Shown: positions 9,943 through 19,538 of the stretch, piece after piece
Layout: each line of letters opens with the position of its first letter
Numbering within the stretch: position 1 is the first letter of the stretch
Assembly (NCBI GenBank): GCA_046714175.1
Contig: JBKKBI010000045.1
Location: forward strand, 200-64,199
DNA: 64,000 bases
Reading direction: 5' to 3'
From: Acidimicrobiia bacterium
Lineage (GTDB): Bacteria; Actinomycetota; Acidimicrobiia; Spongiisociales; UBA11373
Notes under the pieces: model-generated
Told to the model about the DNA's origin: nothing
Databases searched by the model: none
Seen by the model: the letters and a program-made list of their open reading frames with translations, nothing else
Translations under genes and position numbers: made by a program

Positions 9943-9967
9943 GCGGACAAGTACATAACCAACCTCC

Positions 9968-9987
9968 CGTCACGGCATCGTCACGGC
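9968..9987. promoter_or_regulatory. Direct repeat cgtcacggc x2 (11-bp register) in a 59-bp divergent spacer, possible operator
   Basis: cgtcacggc at 9968-9976 and again at 9979-9987, between divergent starts 9942(-) and 10002(+). Confidence 0.25.
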
Positions 9988-10001
9988 GCTAGCGTCGGCA
10001 C

Positions 10002-10487
10002 ATGGCCCGCAAAGACATCTCGCTGACACCCGGCGAGCAGGCTTCGTTCCTCGAGGCGGGGATGACCCTCATCGTGACCACCCTGGACAGAAAGGGCCAG
10101 CCGCACGTGGCGCCCATGTGGTATTTCCTCGATGCAGGCAGGGTGGTGTTCCGGTCGTTCACCAAGTCGCAAAAGATCGTCAACCTGCGGCGCGATCCCC
10201 GCATAACGGTGCTGGTCGAGACCGGGATCGCCTACTCCGAACTACGAGCGGTGATGATCCAGGGGACCGCCCGACTCGTCGATGGCGCCGACGATCCCGT
10301 CTATCTGCTCGAGTCGTACCGCCGTCTCGCCGCCAAGTACCCGATGGTGGGACCAGACCCGATCGAACTGGACGACACCGCGCTGCAAGGCGCCTTCGGC
10401 CGCTTTGCCCCGAAGAACACCGCAGTGATCGTCGAGCCCACACGGGTGGTGAGTTGGGACCACGCCAAGCTGGGAGGGGGGTACTGA
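10002..10487 (+). CDS. PPOX-class (pyridoxamine 5'-phosphate oxidase-like) probable F420-dependent enzyme
   Basis: 161 aa. Contains LIVTTLDRKGQPHVAPMWYFLDAGRVVFRSFTKSQKIVNLRRDPRITVLVE, the split-barrel PPOX pattern. Confidence 0.8.
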   Translation: MARKDISLTPGEQASFLEAGMTLIVTTLDRKGQPHVAPMWYFLDAGRVVFRSFTKSQKIVNLRRDPRITVLVETGIAYSELRAVMIQGTARLVDGADDPVYLLESYRRLAAKYPMVGPDPIELDDTALQGAFGRFAPKNTAVIVEPTRVVSWDHAKLGGGY

Positions 10488-10633
10488 CAAGAATTTTGAC
10501 CGGTGACACCCGGGACCGGACCGGACTCGGGACTCCCGGCGGCAGATTCTCTACACTCCCCACAAACCCGGGAGACCAGATGCGAAGCGCGAGCGACGAT
10601 GCGTGACCGCTGTCGGCCCTTCTCCATTCCACC

Positions 10634-10656
10634 GACCCCCGCCATGGGGGTCTTTT
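10634..10656 (+). promoter_or_regulatory. Terminator-like hairpin plus T4 immediately upstream of the pyrC start (candidate attenuator/SD sequestrator)
   Basis: gaccccc / gccat / gggggtc followed by tttt, then c and ATG at 10658. The only purine-rich SD-like run (ggggg) is in the 3' arm. Confidence 0.4.
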
Positions 10657-10657
10657 C

Positions 10658-11722
10658 ATGACCACTCTCATTCTCCCCGGTTTGGTCGATGTCCACGTCC
10701 ACACCCGCGATCCGGGACAGACCCACAAGGAGACGTGGTCCGGCGCCACCGCCTCCGCACTGGCCGGTGGCATCACGACCGTGCTGGCCATGCCCAACAC
10801 CCTGCCGGTGGTCGCCGATGCGGACTCGCTGGGCGTGGCCCTGGCGGCGGCGGCTCGAGGGTCCCGCTGCGACTACGCCATCTTCGCGGGAGCTACCGAG
10901 TCCAACTCCGCCACCGTCTCCACGCTGGCTCCCCGGGTGGCGGGCCTCAAGCTCTATCTCGATCAGACGTTCGGCGATCTCCGCCTCGCCTCGCTGGATC
11001 TGTGGTGGGCACACCTGGAGAGCTGGCCGAGTGCGGCGCCGTTGCTGGTGCATGCCGAAGGCGCTTCGCTCGCCGCGGTGCTGCTGATGGCGGGATGGCT
11101 GGAGCGGTCGCTGCATGTCTGTCATGTCTCCCGCGGCGATGAGATCCGGCTCATTGCACGGGCCAAAGACCGCGGCCTGGCGATCACTTGCGAAGTGTCG
11201 CCGCACCATCTACTCCTCGACCGCGGCGACGGAGCTCGCCTCGGCAGCCTGGGCACGGTGCGCCCGCCTTTGGCCAGTCCCGAGGATGTGCAGTCGCTCT
11301 GGGACCACCTCGAGGTGATCGATTGCTTTGCCACCGACCACGCCCCGCACACGCTCGAGGAAAAGGAGTCGGACACGCCGCCCCCCGGGTTCCCCGGGGT
11401 GGAAACGATGTTGCCGCTGCTTCTCGATCAGGTGCATCGGGGAGCGCTGGACCTCGCCGGCGTGACCGACCGGCTCGATTCCAATCCGCGCCGCATCTTT
11501 GGTTTGCCGACCGCGGACACCACCGTGGAGGTCGATCCCGACGCCGAGTGGGTGATTCGGGCGGAGGAACTGCATACCGCGTGTGACTGGACTCCGTTCG
11601 AGGGACGCAGAGTGCGCGGCCGGGTGGTGGCGGTGCGCCGCGGCACCGAGGTCCTGTACGAGCAAGGAAAAGTGTTGGCCGCCCCGGGTACCGGGAAAGA
11701 CCTGAAACAAGGAGTGACATGA
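10658..11722 (+). CDS. pyrC: Dihydroorotase, short CAD-like type
   Basis: 354 aa. Contains [87 protein letters not shown] and WTPFEG. Confidence 0.9.
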   Translation: MTTLILPGLVDVHVHTRDPGQTHKETWSGATASALAGGITTVLAMPNTLPVVADADSLGVALAAAARGSRCDYAIFAGATESNSATVSTLAPRVAGLKLYLDQTFGDLRLASLDLWWAHLESWPSAAPLLVHAEGASLAAVLLMAGWLERSLHVCHVSRGDEIRLIARAKDRGLAITCEVSPHHLLLDRGDGARLGSLGTVRPPLASPEDVQSLWDHLEVIDCFATDHAPHTLEEKESDTPPPGFPGVETMLPLLLDQVHRGALDLAGVTDRLDSNPRRIFGLPTADTTVEVDPDAEWVIRAEELHTACDWTPFEGRRVRGRVVAVRRGTEVLYEQGKVLAAPGTGKDLKQGVT

Positions 11723-12684
11723 CCGACCCGATCCTGCCCTTCGGAGACAAGCGGGAGGCCCCTTTCTACGGAAAGGACATCCTCTCGGTCCACCAGTTCT
11801 CCCGGGCCGACCTGGACTACGTGTTCGCCGTCTCCCGGGAGATGCAGGGGATGGTGGCCCGGGTAGGCACCTTCGACCTGCTGAAGGGCAAAATCCTGGC
11901 CAACGTGTTCTACGAGCCCTCGACCCGCACCTCATCATCATTCACCGCGGCGATGGAGCGTCTCGGAGGAAGCGTCATCCCCATCAACGAGGTGCGGTAC
12001 TCATCGGTGTCCAAAGGAGAGTCGCTCCCCGACACGGTGCGCACTCTGGAACGCTACGCCGATGTGATCGTCCTGCGTCACCCCGAGGTGGGCGCTTCGG
12101 CGATGGCGGCGCAGTACGCCTCGAAGCCGATCATCAACGCTGGGGACGGGGTGGGGGAACACCCCACCCAGGCCCTGCTCGACCTGTTCACCATTGCCGA
12201 GGAGTTGGGCACGATCGACGGTCTTACCGTGACCATGGTCGGCGATCTCAAGTATGGACGCACCGTTCATTCCCTGGCGCGACTCCTGACCCTGTTCGAT
12301 GTGACCATCAACCTGGTATCGCCGCAGATTCTCCGCATGCCGCCGGAGATCGTGGCCGAGTTGCAGGCGGCGAAGAAGCCGCACGCCGAGCACACCGAAC
12401 TCGGTGGCGTCATCCCGACTACCGATGTTCTCTACATCACGCGGGTGCAAAAGGAGCGTTTCAACGACGTCGATGAGTACGAGGCGGTCAAGGACTCCTA
12501 CGTGGTTACGCCGGAGACCCTGGAGCCCGCCAAGCAACGGATGATCGTGATGCATCCCCTCCCCCGGATCAACGAGATCGCCCCTGAAGTCGACGCCGAT
12601 CCGCGCGCCGCCTACTTCCGCCAGATGGAGTACGGCATGTATGTGCGCATGGCGCTGCTGGCCATGGTGCTCGGCAAGGCGTGA
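11719..12684 (+). CDS. pyrB: Aspartate carbamoyltransferase catalytic chain
   Basis: 321 aa. Contains [38 protein letters not shown] and HPLPRINEI. Its ATG overlaps the pyrC stop (ATGA). Confidence 0.93.
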   Translation: MTDPILPFGDKREAPFYGKDILSVHQFSRADLDYVFAVSREMQGMVARVGTFDLLKGKILANVFYEPSTRTSSSFTAAMERLGGSVIPINEVRYSSVSKGESLPDTVRTLERYADVIVLRHPEVGASAMAAQYASKPIINAGDGVGEHPTQALLDLFTIAEELGTIDGLTVTMVGDLKYGRTVHSLARLLTLFDVTINLVSPQILRMPPEIVAELQAAKKPHAEHTELGGVIPTTDVLYITRVQKERFNDVDEYEAVKDSYVVTPETLEPAKQRMIVMHPLPRINEIAPEVDADPRAAYFRQMEYGMYVRMALLAMVLGKA

Positions 12685-14039
12685 CCGGGTTCTTTGCCGC
12701 GCTGGAGGACCGCACACGCCAGGTGGGTCCGGTGTGCGTTGGTCTCGACCCGCGAGCTGAGGATGCGATCTCGGCGCGGGCCGAGTCGCGGCGCCTGGTG
12801 GCAGCGACTGCGTCGGTGGCGGCCGCCTTCAAACCCAACGCGGCATTCTTCGAGGCGCTCGGCCCAGATGGTATCGAGGCGCTCATCGAGGTGGTCGCCG
12901 AGATCCCCGATGACATCCCAGTGATCCTGGACGCCAAACGGGGCGACATCGGCACCAGTGCTGCCGGCTACGCCCGGTCGGCGTTTGGTGTCGTCGGTGC
13001 GGGGGCGATCACACTCAGTCCGTATCTGGGCCGCGACGCCATCGAGGCATTTCTCGCCTGGGAGGGTCGCGGCGTTTGGGTGCTCTGCCACACCTCGAAC
13101 CCCTCGGCTGATGAGATCCAATCGCTGCCGCTCGTCGGCGGCGGCAGTGTCTCCGAAGAAGTGGCGCGCCGCGCCGCGTCGTGGGCTGTTCCCGACCGGC
13201 TCGGATTGGTGGTCGGCGCCACTCGTCCCGATGTGCTGGCGGAGATCCGCCGCGTCGCGCCGGACCACTGGATCCTGGCGCCGGGGGTGGGTGCCCAGGG
13301 GGCTGATCCTTCCGCGCTCGGCGACGGTCTGCGCTCCGATGGGTCCGGGCTCCTGGTCTCGGTTTCGCGGTCGGTGGCCGACGCAGCCGATCCGGCGGAG
13401 GTGGTGACGGACCTCGTCGCCACACTGCGGAGACTCCGTCCCACCATGAAACGAGCCAACACCCTGGCCGAGATACTGCACCGGTCCGGGTGCATCAGGT
13501 TCGGACAGTTCACGCTGCGCTCGGGAGTCGTCTCCCCGATTTACGTCGACCTGCGCCGTCTCACCGGAGATGCAGAGACACTCCGTCGTGTGGCGGGATC
13601 CTTCGTAACGAGGCTCTCCGGCATGCAGTTCGATCACCTCGCCCCGGTGCCGTATGGAGCGCTCCCACTCGGCACCGCGGTGTCACTCGCAGCCAACGCG
13701 TCAATGATCTGGCCCAGGCCGCAACCCAAAGACCACGGCACTGCCGCCCGAGTGGAGGGGGTCTGCGAACCGGGCGAGCGGGTAGTGCTGATCGACGATG
13801 TCATCACTTCGGGAGCCAGCGCCATCGCGGCTGCCGAGTTGCTGCGCGCCGCCGGATTGGTTGTGAACCACCTTGTCGTGCTGGTGGAACGAGATCCCCA
13901 CGCCAGAGGGGCGCTCGCCGGGGCCGGAATCGCTCTCACCGCGGTCACCACGCTGTCGGAGCTCGTGGATGATCTTTCGGCGGCGGGGACGATCACTCCG
14001 GAACAGTCCGCGATCGTGGCCGACTTCCTCTCGCGATGA
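12681..14039 (+). CDS. Bifunctional orotidine-5'-phosphate decarboxylase / orotate phosphoribosyltransferase (PyrF-PyrE fusion)
   Basis: 452 aa in one frame. The N-terminal half has [17 protein letters not shown] and [13 protein letters not shown] (type-2 OMP decarboxylase). The C-terminal half has [19 protein letters not shown] and [14 protein letters not shown] (PRPP-binding OPRTase). Its GTG overlaps the pyrB stop. Confidence 0.88.
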   Translation: MTGFFAALEDRTRQVGPVCVGLDPRAEDAISARAESRRLVAATASVAAAFKPNAAFFEALGPDGIEALIEVVAEIPDDIPVILDAKRGDIGTSAAGYARSAFGVVGAGAITLSPYLGRDAIEAFLAWEGRGVWVLCHTSNPSADEIQSLPLVGGGSVSEEVARRAASWAVPDRLGLVVGATRPDVLAEIRRVAPDHWILAPGVGAQGADPSALGDGLRSDGSGLLVSVSRSVADAADPAEVVTDLVATLRRLRPTMKRANTLAEILHRSGCIRFGQFTLRSGVVSPIYVDLRRLTGDAETLRRVAGSFVTRLSGMQFDHLAPVPYGALPLGTAVSLAANASMIWPRPQPKDHGTAARVEGVCEPGERVVLIDDVITSGASAIAAAELLRAAGLVVNHLVVLVERDPHARGALAGAGIALTAVTTLSELVDDLSAAGTITPEQSAIVADFLSR

Positions 14040-14989
14040 GTTACCGCTTGCTCCGCAACCTCGGGTTCCGTCTCGACCCGGAGACGGCACATCACTTGGC
14101 CCTGCGGGGCGTGCGTCTCTCCAGACCCCTGCGCGCGCTTCGTCGCGACGTGGGCGATCCGGTAGAGGTGTTCGGGTTGCGTTTTCCCAACCGGGTCGGA
14201 CTCGCCGCCGGATACGACAAGGACGCTGTGGCGTGGCGCGCCCTGTCCGGACTCGGGTTCGGCCACATCGAGATCGGCACCGTGACACCGCTTCCCCAAC
14301 TCGGTCATCCCCGTCCCCGCATCCATCGGTTCCCGGAACACCAGGCCCTGATCAACCGCATGGGGTTCCCGTCGGCGGGAGCGGAGGCAGTGGTGCGACG
14401 GCTGTCTCCGCGGCGACCCCGCGGCGTGATCCTCGGGGTGTCGATCGGACCCAACGCCACCACTCCCCCGCAGCGGCGCCGCGAGGACTACCTCACCCTC
14501 GTGGACCGGTTCCGGGCATTGGCCGACTACCTGGCGGTGAACGTCTCCTCACCCAACACCGCTGGCTTGCGGGACCTCGAAGGCGCCCCGCTCGGTGAAC
14601 TGCTCTCCGCGGTGCGCGATCGTGCCGCGGGCACTCCCGTGCTCGTGAAGCTATCGCCCGACCTGGAGGATCTGGAGTCGGCAGCCGCAACCGCCGAGCG
14701 CGCCGGCATCGCCGGGATCATCGTCGGCAACACGACGCTCACCCGGCCCGGATTCGGGGCCGACACCCCGCCGGGAGGACTGAGCGGGGCACCGCTGGGA
14801 CCCGCGGCGGTGCGCGCGCTACAGCGTGTCGTTGCCGTTACGCGCCTGCCCGTGATTGCCTGCGGCGGAATCATGAACGAAGCAGACGCTGCGGAACGCA
14901 CTGCCGCCGGTGCGGCCCTGGTGCAGATCTATACGGGTCTGGTGTATCGGGGACCGGGGCTGGCGCGAAAGATCGCGGCCGCGCCGTGA
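14036..14989 (+). CDS. pyrD: Dihydroorotate dehydrogenase (quinone), class 2
   Basis: 317 aa. Contains FPNRVGLAAGYDKDA, FGHIEIGTVTP, NRMGFPS and KLSPD. Its ATG overlaps the stop of the fusion gene (ATGA). Confidence 0.9.
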   Translation: MSYRLLRNLGFRLDPETAHHLALRGVRLSRPLRALRRDVGDPVEVFGLRFPNRVGLAAGYDKDAVAWRALSGLGFGHIEIGTVTPLPQLGHPRPRIHRFPEHQALINRMGFPSAGAEAVVRRLSPRRPRGVILGVSIGPNATTPPQRRREDYLTLVDRFRALADYLAVNVSSPNTAGLRDLEGAPLGELLSAVRDRAAGTPVLVKLSPDLEDLESAAATAERAGIAGIIVGNTTLTRPGFGADTPPGGLSGAPLGPAAVRALQRVVAVTRLPVIACGGIMNEADAAERTAAGAALVQIYTGLVYRGPGLARKIAAAP

Positions 14990-15036
14990 GACCTTGCCGG
15001 GGTTGACGCCCTCGGGTACGGTCTGTGGCTCCAGGC

Positions 15037-15219
15037 CTAAGCGGAGTCTGGCGAGGCGCCGCCGGCTACCGCGCCGTGCAGCGGACAGGTCATCAGGATG
15101 TACCAGGCGCCATCGGGTAGCGGCGGACTGTTTCCGAAGTTGTTGTCGAGCACTGGGCACGAGCATCCCCGCTCCCTCGCGGCGACACTCCCCGGATTGG
15201 GCTGGGTAGGTTCAGTCAT
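15037..15219 (-). CDS. Small Cys-containing hypothetical protein (CxC...CPxH)
   Basis: I prefer the ATG at 15219, giving a 60-aa protein MTEPTQPNPGSVAARERGCSCPVLDNNFGNSPPLPDGAWYILMTCPLHG.... GGGAGAG lies 8 nt upstream. The track ORF starts at 15240. Confidence 0.5.
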   Translation of the reverse strand: MTEPTQPNPGSVAARERGCSCPVLDNNFGNSPPLPDGAWYILMTCPLHGAVAGGASPDSA

Positions 15220-15362
15220 GACTTCGGCTCTCCCTTGCACAGGAGGACGACCCGGCCATCACCCCGGCTACCAGAGGACCGGCGTGACCTGGTGGACGCC
15301 ATCAAGGCCCTTGAGGCGAAGGTTGGCCGGTTCCCCGAAGCGAAACTCGCGATCGTCGCTAC

Positions 15363-16472
15363 TCAGAGCCCGAGGTACTCCTCGAGCGCTTCCTTGGTCA
15401 GGTCTTCGCCGGCGGCAAACGCCTCGACGAGGTCGTGGGCCTCGGAGTCGCGGAACTGCACCGGAGGACTCTTCATGAAGTAGGACGCCGGCGCCAGCAA
15501 AGGACCGCCGATCCCCCGGTCCATCGCCAGTTTTACGCAGCGCACCGCATCGATGATCACACCGGCCGAGTTGGGTGAATCCCATACCTCGAGCTTGAGC
15601 TCGGCATTGAGCGGCACATCGCCAAAGGCGCGCCCCTCGATGCGGATGTAGGCCCACTTGCGGTCCGTGAGCCACGGCACATAGTCCGAGGGCCCGATGT
15701 GGACATTCTTGTCACCGAGTTCGCGGTCGAACTGCGAGGTCACCGCCTGCGTCTTGGAGACCTTCTTCGACTCCAGGCGCTCCCGCTCGAGCATGTTCTT
15801 GAAGTCCATGTTGCCGCCGACGTTGAGCTGGCTCATGCGCTCCACCACGACGCCGCGATCTTCGAAGAGCCGAGCGAGTTGCCGGTGGACGATGGTGGCG
15901 CCCACTTGGGACTTGATGTCGTCGCCGATGATCGGCACCCCGGCGTCGTAGAACTTACGGGCCCAGACCGGATCGCTGGCGATGAAGACCGGGATGGCGT
16001 TGACGAAGCCCACCCCGGCGGATAGCGCCGCCTCGGCATAGTGCCGGATGGCCAATTCCGAACCGACGGGCAGGTAAGCCACGAGTACGTCCGCCCCGGT
16101 GTTGCGCAACACCTGAGCAACATCGACCGGCTCCTCGGCGGACTCCTCGATGGTCATGCGGTAGTACTTGCCCAACCCATCCAGGGTCGGACCGCGCTGC
16201 ACCTCGATGCCGAGGTCGGGGACCTCGGCGAAGCGATATGTGTCGTTCATACTCGCCCAAATCGCCTTGGACAGGTCGACGCCCACCTTGGCGGCGTCGA
16301 CGTCGAACGCGGCGACGAACTCGATGTCGCGGATGTGATACCCGCCTAGATCGACGTGCATCAGACCCGGCACCCTCGCGTTGGGGTCGGCATCCGCGTA
16401 GTACGTCACGCCCTGAATCAACGAGTTGGCGCAGTTGCCGACACCGGCGATTGCGACCTTCACCTTGGCCAT
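15363..16472 (-). CDS. ino1: Inositol-3-phosphate synthase
   Basis: [26 protein letters not shown]-terminus. GAGGAGAGGA RBS upstream of the ATG at 16472. Conserved throughout, ending in a DLVEAF-like tail. The track ORF is extended to 16511. Confidence 0.92.
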   Translation of the reverse strand: MAKVKVAIAGVGNCANSLIQGVTYYADADPNARVPGLMHVDLGGYHIRDIEFVAAFDVDAAKVGVDLSKAIWASMNDTYRFAEVPDLGIEVQRGPTLDGLGKYYRMTIEESAEEPVDVAQVLRNTGADVLVAYLPVGSELAIRHYAEAALSAGVGFVNAIPVFIASDPVWARKFYDAGVPIIGDDIKSQVGATIVHRQLARLFEDRGVVVERMSQLNVGGNMDFKNMLERERLESKKVSKTQAVTSQFDRELGDKNVHIGPSDYVPWLTDRKWAYIRIEGRAFGDVPLNAELKLEVWDSPNSAGVIIDAVRCVKLAMDRGIGGPLLAPASYFMKSPPVQFRDSEAHDLVEAFAAGEDLTKEALEEYLGL

Positions 16473-16491
16473 TTGTTCGTCCTCTCCTCGA

Positions 16492-17019
16492 TCAGATCTT
16501 GTCGGCAGCACCCGGCGCCGACCCTGGGGTCCGCTCGGAGGCGATGAGCTCTTCCAGCCAGGCCACGTCGGCCTCGGCAGAGCGCACCCCGTGCTCCATG
16601 AGCGATTGCGTGTAGTGGTCGACTCTGTCCGCAGTGCGCTTCAGCGAGGTGCGGGCCGAGGCGATCCTCTCCCGAAGCACCGTCCTGCGGCGCTCCAGGA
16701 ACTCGATCCGGGTCTCCGGATCCATGTATTTGAAGAAGGCGAGCCGAACCCGGAAGGCGTTGGTGTTCTCCACCTCCGAGGCCTCGTCTTCGAGAATCTG
16801 CTGGAAGTGCTCTTTGCCCTCGGCGGTGAGCCGGTACTCCTTGCGCCGCCCCGAGCCGGGGCTGACCTCGATGTGGTCGGCTTTTTCCAGACGCCGCAGC
16901 GCCGGATACACCGAGCCGAACGAGATCCTCCAAAAGCCCAGGTCGACGAGTCTTTGCTTCAACTCGTACCCGTGCATCGGGCCCTCGCGCAGGAGTCCTA
17001 GTACCGCCATATCCAGCAT
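16492..17019 (-). CDS. PadR family transcriptional regulator
   Basis: [51 protein letters not shown] is the PadR winged helix. It lies directly upstream of ino1, as in mycobacteria. Confidence 0.88.
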   Translation of the reverse strand: MLDMAVLGLLREGPMHGYELKQRLVDLGFWRISFGSVYPALRRLEKADHIEVSPGSGRRKEYRLTAEGKEHFQQILEDEASEVENTNAFRVRLAFFKYMDPETRIEFLERRRTVLRERIASARTSLKRTADRVDHYTQSLMEHGVRSAEADVAWLEELIASERTPGSAPGAADKI

Positions 17020-17140
17020 GTCACTGTCGTTATATCGAACCGCTATAGCGGTGTCAAATCGACCGAAAGACGGATTTCGCGGTATCAAAGGCCTTCGTGG
17101 CCTCCCGGGCCTTGTGATTCAAGGGGGAACGGTTGCCGGC

Positions 17141-17161
17141 TACCCGCTGCCCGCTGCCCGC
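17141..17161. repeat. Heptamer tandem array (TRCCCGC)x3, family B (reverse complement GCGGGYA)
   Basis: Sequence tacccgc tgcccgc tgcccgc, in the nfo-padR spacer. Confidence 0.7.
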
Positions 17162-17180
17162 CAGAGAAGACTCGGGGCGG

Positions 17181-17215
17181 CTTCCGGTCTCCGGCTTCCG
17201 GTCTCCGGCCTCGGC
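17181..17215. repeat. Heptamer tandem array (YTTCCGG/TCTCCGG)x5, family A (reverse complement CCGGAGA/CCGGAAG)
   Basis: Sequence cttccgg tctccgg cttccgg tctccgg cctcggc. It ends at the base next to the nfo stop codon (17216-17218). Confidence 0.8.
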
Positions 17216-17980
17216 CTAGCCCACCACCGAGCGCACCCAAGCGATATCCGCGGAGTGCTCCTTCGCCTCCCCCGGAGTCTCCACCACCACCGGAGCCGCC
17301 GCGGCGCGCAGCACTGCGGTCAGGACGGCCGGGGGAATCTCACCGTCGCCGAGATTGGCGTGGCGGTCGCGGTTGGATCCGTGGGGATCGCGGGAATCGT
17401 TGCAGTGCACCAGGTCGATGCGACCGGTGGCGGCGCGCACCCGGTCGATCAGGGTCGCCATGTCCTCGCCTGCCGCCCAGGCGTGGCAGGTGTCGACCAC
17501 CGCCCCCACCCGAAACTCTCCGATCACTTCCCACAACGGTCCGTACGAGTCGCACTCACGCAAGATGGCGTTGCCCCCGCCGGCGGTGTTCTCCAGCAGC
17601 ACCGGTACCGCCAGGTCGACAGACTCCAGCGCCTTGCGCCAACGCTCCCGACCGACGGCGACGTCCTCGTCGTCGCCGACATGGCCGCCGTGGACGATCA
17701 CCCCGACGGCTCCAATGTCGGCTGCGGCCGTGAGGGTGTCGGCGAGAATCTTCCGGCTGGGAATGCGGATCCGGTTGTTGGGAGAACCCACATTCACCAG
17801 GTAGGGAGCGTGTACGTAGATCGGGACTGTGGCGGCGAGCAGCTTCTCGCGGTCCGCTCTGGGAAGGGGTGCTTTCCATGATTGCGGGTTGGAGAGGAAG
17901 GTCTGCACCAGGTCGGCGCCGCGGGCCGTGGCCGCACCGAGTAGATCGTCGTTGGGAACGTGAGCGCCGACTCGGATCAC
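17216..17980 (-). CDS. nfo: Deoxyribonuclease IV (endonuclease IV)
   Basis: VIRVGAHV...[14 protein letters not shown]...VIVHGGH...LLENTAGGG...DTCHAWAAG...HCNDS matches endonuclease IV metal-site motifs. The GTG at 17980 overlaps the upstream stop (GTGA). The track ORF is extended to 18232. Confidence 0.88.
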   Translation of the reverse strand: MIRVGAHVPNDDLLGAATARGADLVQTFLSNPQSWKAPLPRADREKLLAATVPIYVHAPYLVNVGSPNNRIRIPSRKILADTLTAAADIGAVGVIVHGGHVGDDEDVAVGRERWRKALESVDLAVPVLLENTAGGGNAILRECDSYGPLWEVIGEFRVGAVVDTCHAWAAGEDMATLIDRVRAATGRIDLVHCNDSRDPHGSNRDRHANLGDGEIPPAVLTAVLRAAAAPVVVETPGEAKEHSADIAWVRSVVG

Positions 17981-18582
17981 GCCGGGGCGGGGCGGCGACG
18001 CGCCCTGGGATCGAGGAGCGGTGCGATCTGATGGGCGGGGCGATCCCAATCCTCCGCCCAGATGTGCAGCCAGGGAGGGTCGGCGACCGCCCCGGCCGGG
18101 TCGACGGGCACCAGCACCGGGTCGTCGAGGAGTATGGAGAGCACCGGCACCTCCGCTCCGTCCGCATCCCGCACCCCGGACCGCACCTCGAGTATCGACT
18201 CCCACGGCAACAGCCGCGGCGGATGTCCCCATCCGTCCACACGCAAAGAGATGCCGTCGTCGGAGGAGCGCAGCACCGGACGCGGCCGCAGCAAGCCGTT
18301 GATGGCGTAGCCCATCGTGGCCACCCCACCCGCAAGAAGCAGGCCACCGAAGGCCAGATCCCGCCGGCGCTCTGCTCGCCCGTCGTGCGTCAGGATCTCG
18401 GCAGTGATCGGCACGGCGTTCCCTTCGGCGTCGACCGTCTGGCCCACCGTGGCCACATACGTCGCCGGCTTAGGCACCCAACGGTGCGACCAGATCATGT
18501 CCACCGCGAGCAAGATCATCGGTACCGCTATCACCAAGAACAAGGTGAGCCGCCACGGCGAGCGCATGACCGAGATGTTCAC
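17977..18582 (-). CDS. Hypothetical membrane protein (two N-terminal TM segments, soluble C-terminal domain)
   Basis: 201-aa ORF, translationally coupled to nfo. No family recognised. Confidence 0.55.
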   Translation of the reverse strand: MNISVMRSPWRLTLFLVIAVPMILLAVDMIWSHRWVPKPATYVATVGQTVDAEGNAVPITAEILTHDGRAERRRDLAFGGLLLAGGVATMGYAINGLLRPRPVLRSSDDGISLRVDGWGHPPRLLPWESILEVRSGVRDADGAEVPVLSILLDDPVLVPVDPAGAVADPPWLHIWAEDWDRPAHQIAPLLDPRARRRPAPA

Positions 18583-18686
18583 GGGGGGACTGTACCTGGA
18601 GCTCGACTATCGACCTTTCGGTCCCCAGCGAAGCCGCCGGCCACCAGCCAGACCCACTGGCATTGCTGGAGGCGGGGCTATTGAAA

Positions 18687-19484
18687 CTATTTGCCGAACC
18701 GCCGCTCCCGGCGAGTGAAATCGCGTAGGGCGCGGAGAAAGTCGACGCGGCGGAAGCCGGGCCAGTGGACGTCCACGAACGAGTACTCGGCGTAGGCCGC
18801 CTGCCAGAGCAGAAACCCGGACAGGCGAGACTCGCCGCTGGTTCGAATGACCAGGTCGGGATCGGGAAGGTCGGCGGTGTAGAGATGGCGGGCAATGGCC
18901 CCAGCATCGATGGCTTCTGACATCTCGGGCGAGGCGACTCCCTCTGCGGCCAACTTGCCCACCAGGTCGCGTACCGCATCGACGATCTCCTGCCTCCCCC
19001 CGTAGGCCAGCGCGATGGTGAGACGTCGCTCCCCCGCCACCGAGCGGCGCGTGAGGCCGCCCGCCGCTTCGCGCAGGCGGTCCGGGAGCATTTCGAGGCT
19101 CCCGATCACACCGAACCGCAAGCCCTCCCCACCCCGGGTGTCGGGCAACCGTTCGAACAGATCAGAAAGCACCTCGAAGTACGGCTCCAACTCGGCGGCG
19201 GGCCGTTCCAGGTTTTCGCGCGACAGCAGCCAGCAGGTCAGGGCCGGCACCTCGAGATCGCGACACCAGCCCAAGAAGTCGACGAACTTGTCCATTCCCG
19301 CCCGATATGAGGCGGCGTAGTCGGACATTCCGGTCTGACGGGCAAACCGCCGATGCCCGTCGAGGATCACCCCGATGTGGTGCGGAAGGCGAGAACGGTC
19401 GAGGCCGCGCAGCAGGCGCTCCTCGTAGATTCGGTACAGCGGACGGATCAGGCTCCCCGACGACCCCGACGTTCTACCCACCAT
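18687..19484 (-). CDS. uppS: Isoprenyl transferase (cis-prenyl / undecaprenyl diphosphate synthase family)
   Basis: 265 aa. Contains HHIGVILDGHRRFAR, WLLSRENLERP and RTSGESRLSGFLLWQAAYAEY. Confidence 0.88.
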   Translation of the reverse strand: MVGRTSGSSGSLIRPLYRIYEERLLRGLDRSRLPHHIGVILDGHRRFARQTGMSDYAASYRAGMDKFVDFLGWCRDLEVPALTCWLLSRENLERPAAELEPYFEVLSDLFERLPDTRGGEGLRFGVIGSLEMLPDRLREAAGGLTRRSVAGERRLTIALAYGGRQEIVDAVRDLVGKLAAEGVASPEMSEAIDAGAIARHLYTADLPDPDLVIRTSGESRLSGFLLWQAAYAEYSFVDVHWPGFRRVDFLRALRDFTRRERRFGK

Positions 19485-19538
19485 GTCCTCCCGGCCGGTG
19501 AGACGCGCTACCCGATCCAGCCTATTGGAGCCTGCTGA

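Noticed and set aside
10488-10657. A PyrR-type attenuator in the pyr leader.
   Set aside because: I could not find the conserved PyrR binding-loop sequence, and there is no pyrR gene in the cluster. Only a generic hairpin call is retained.
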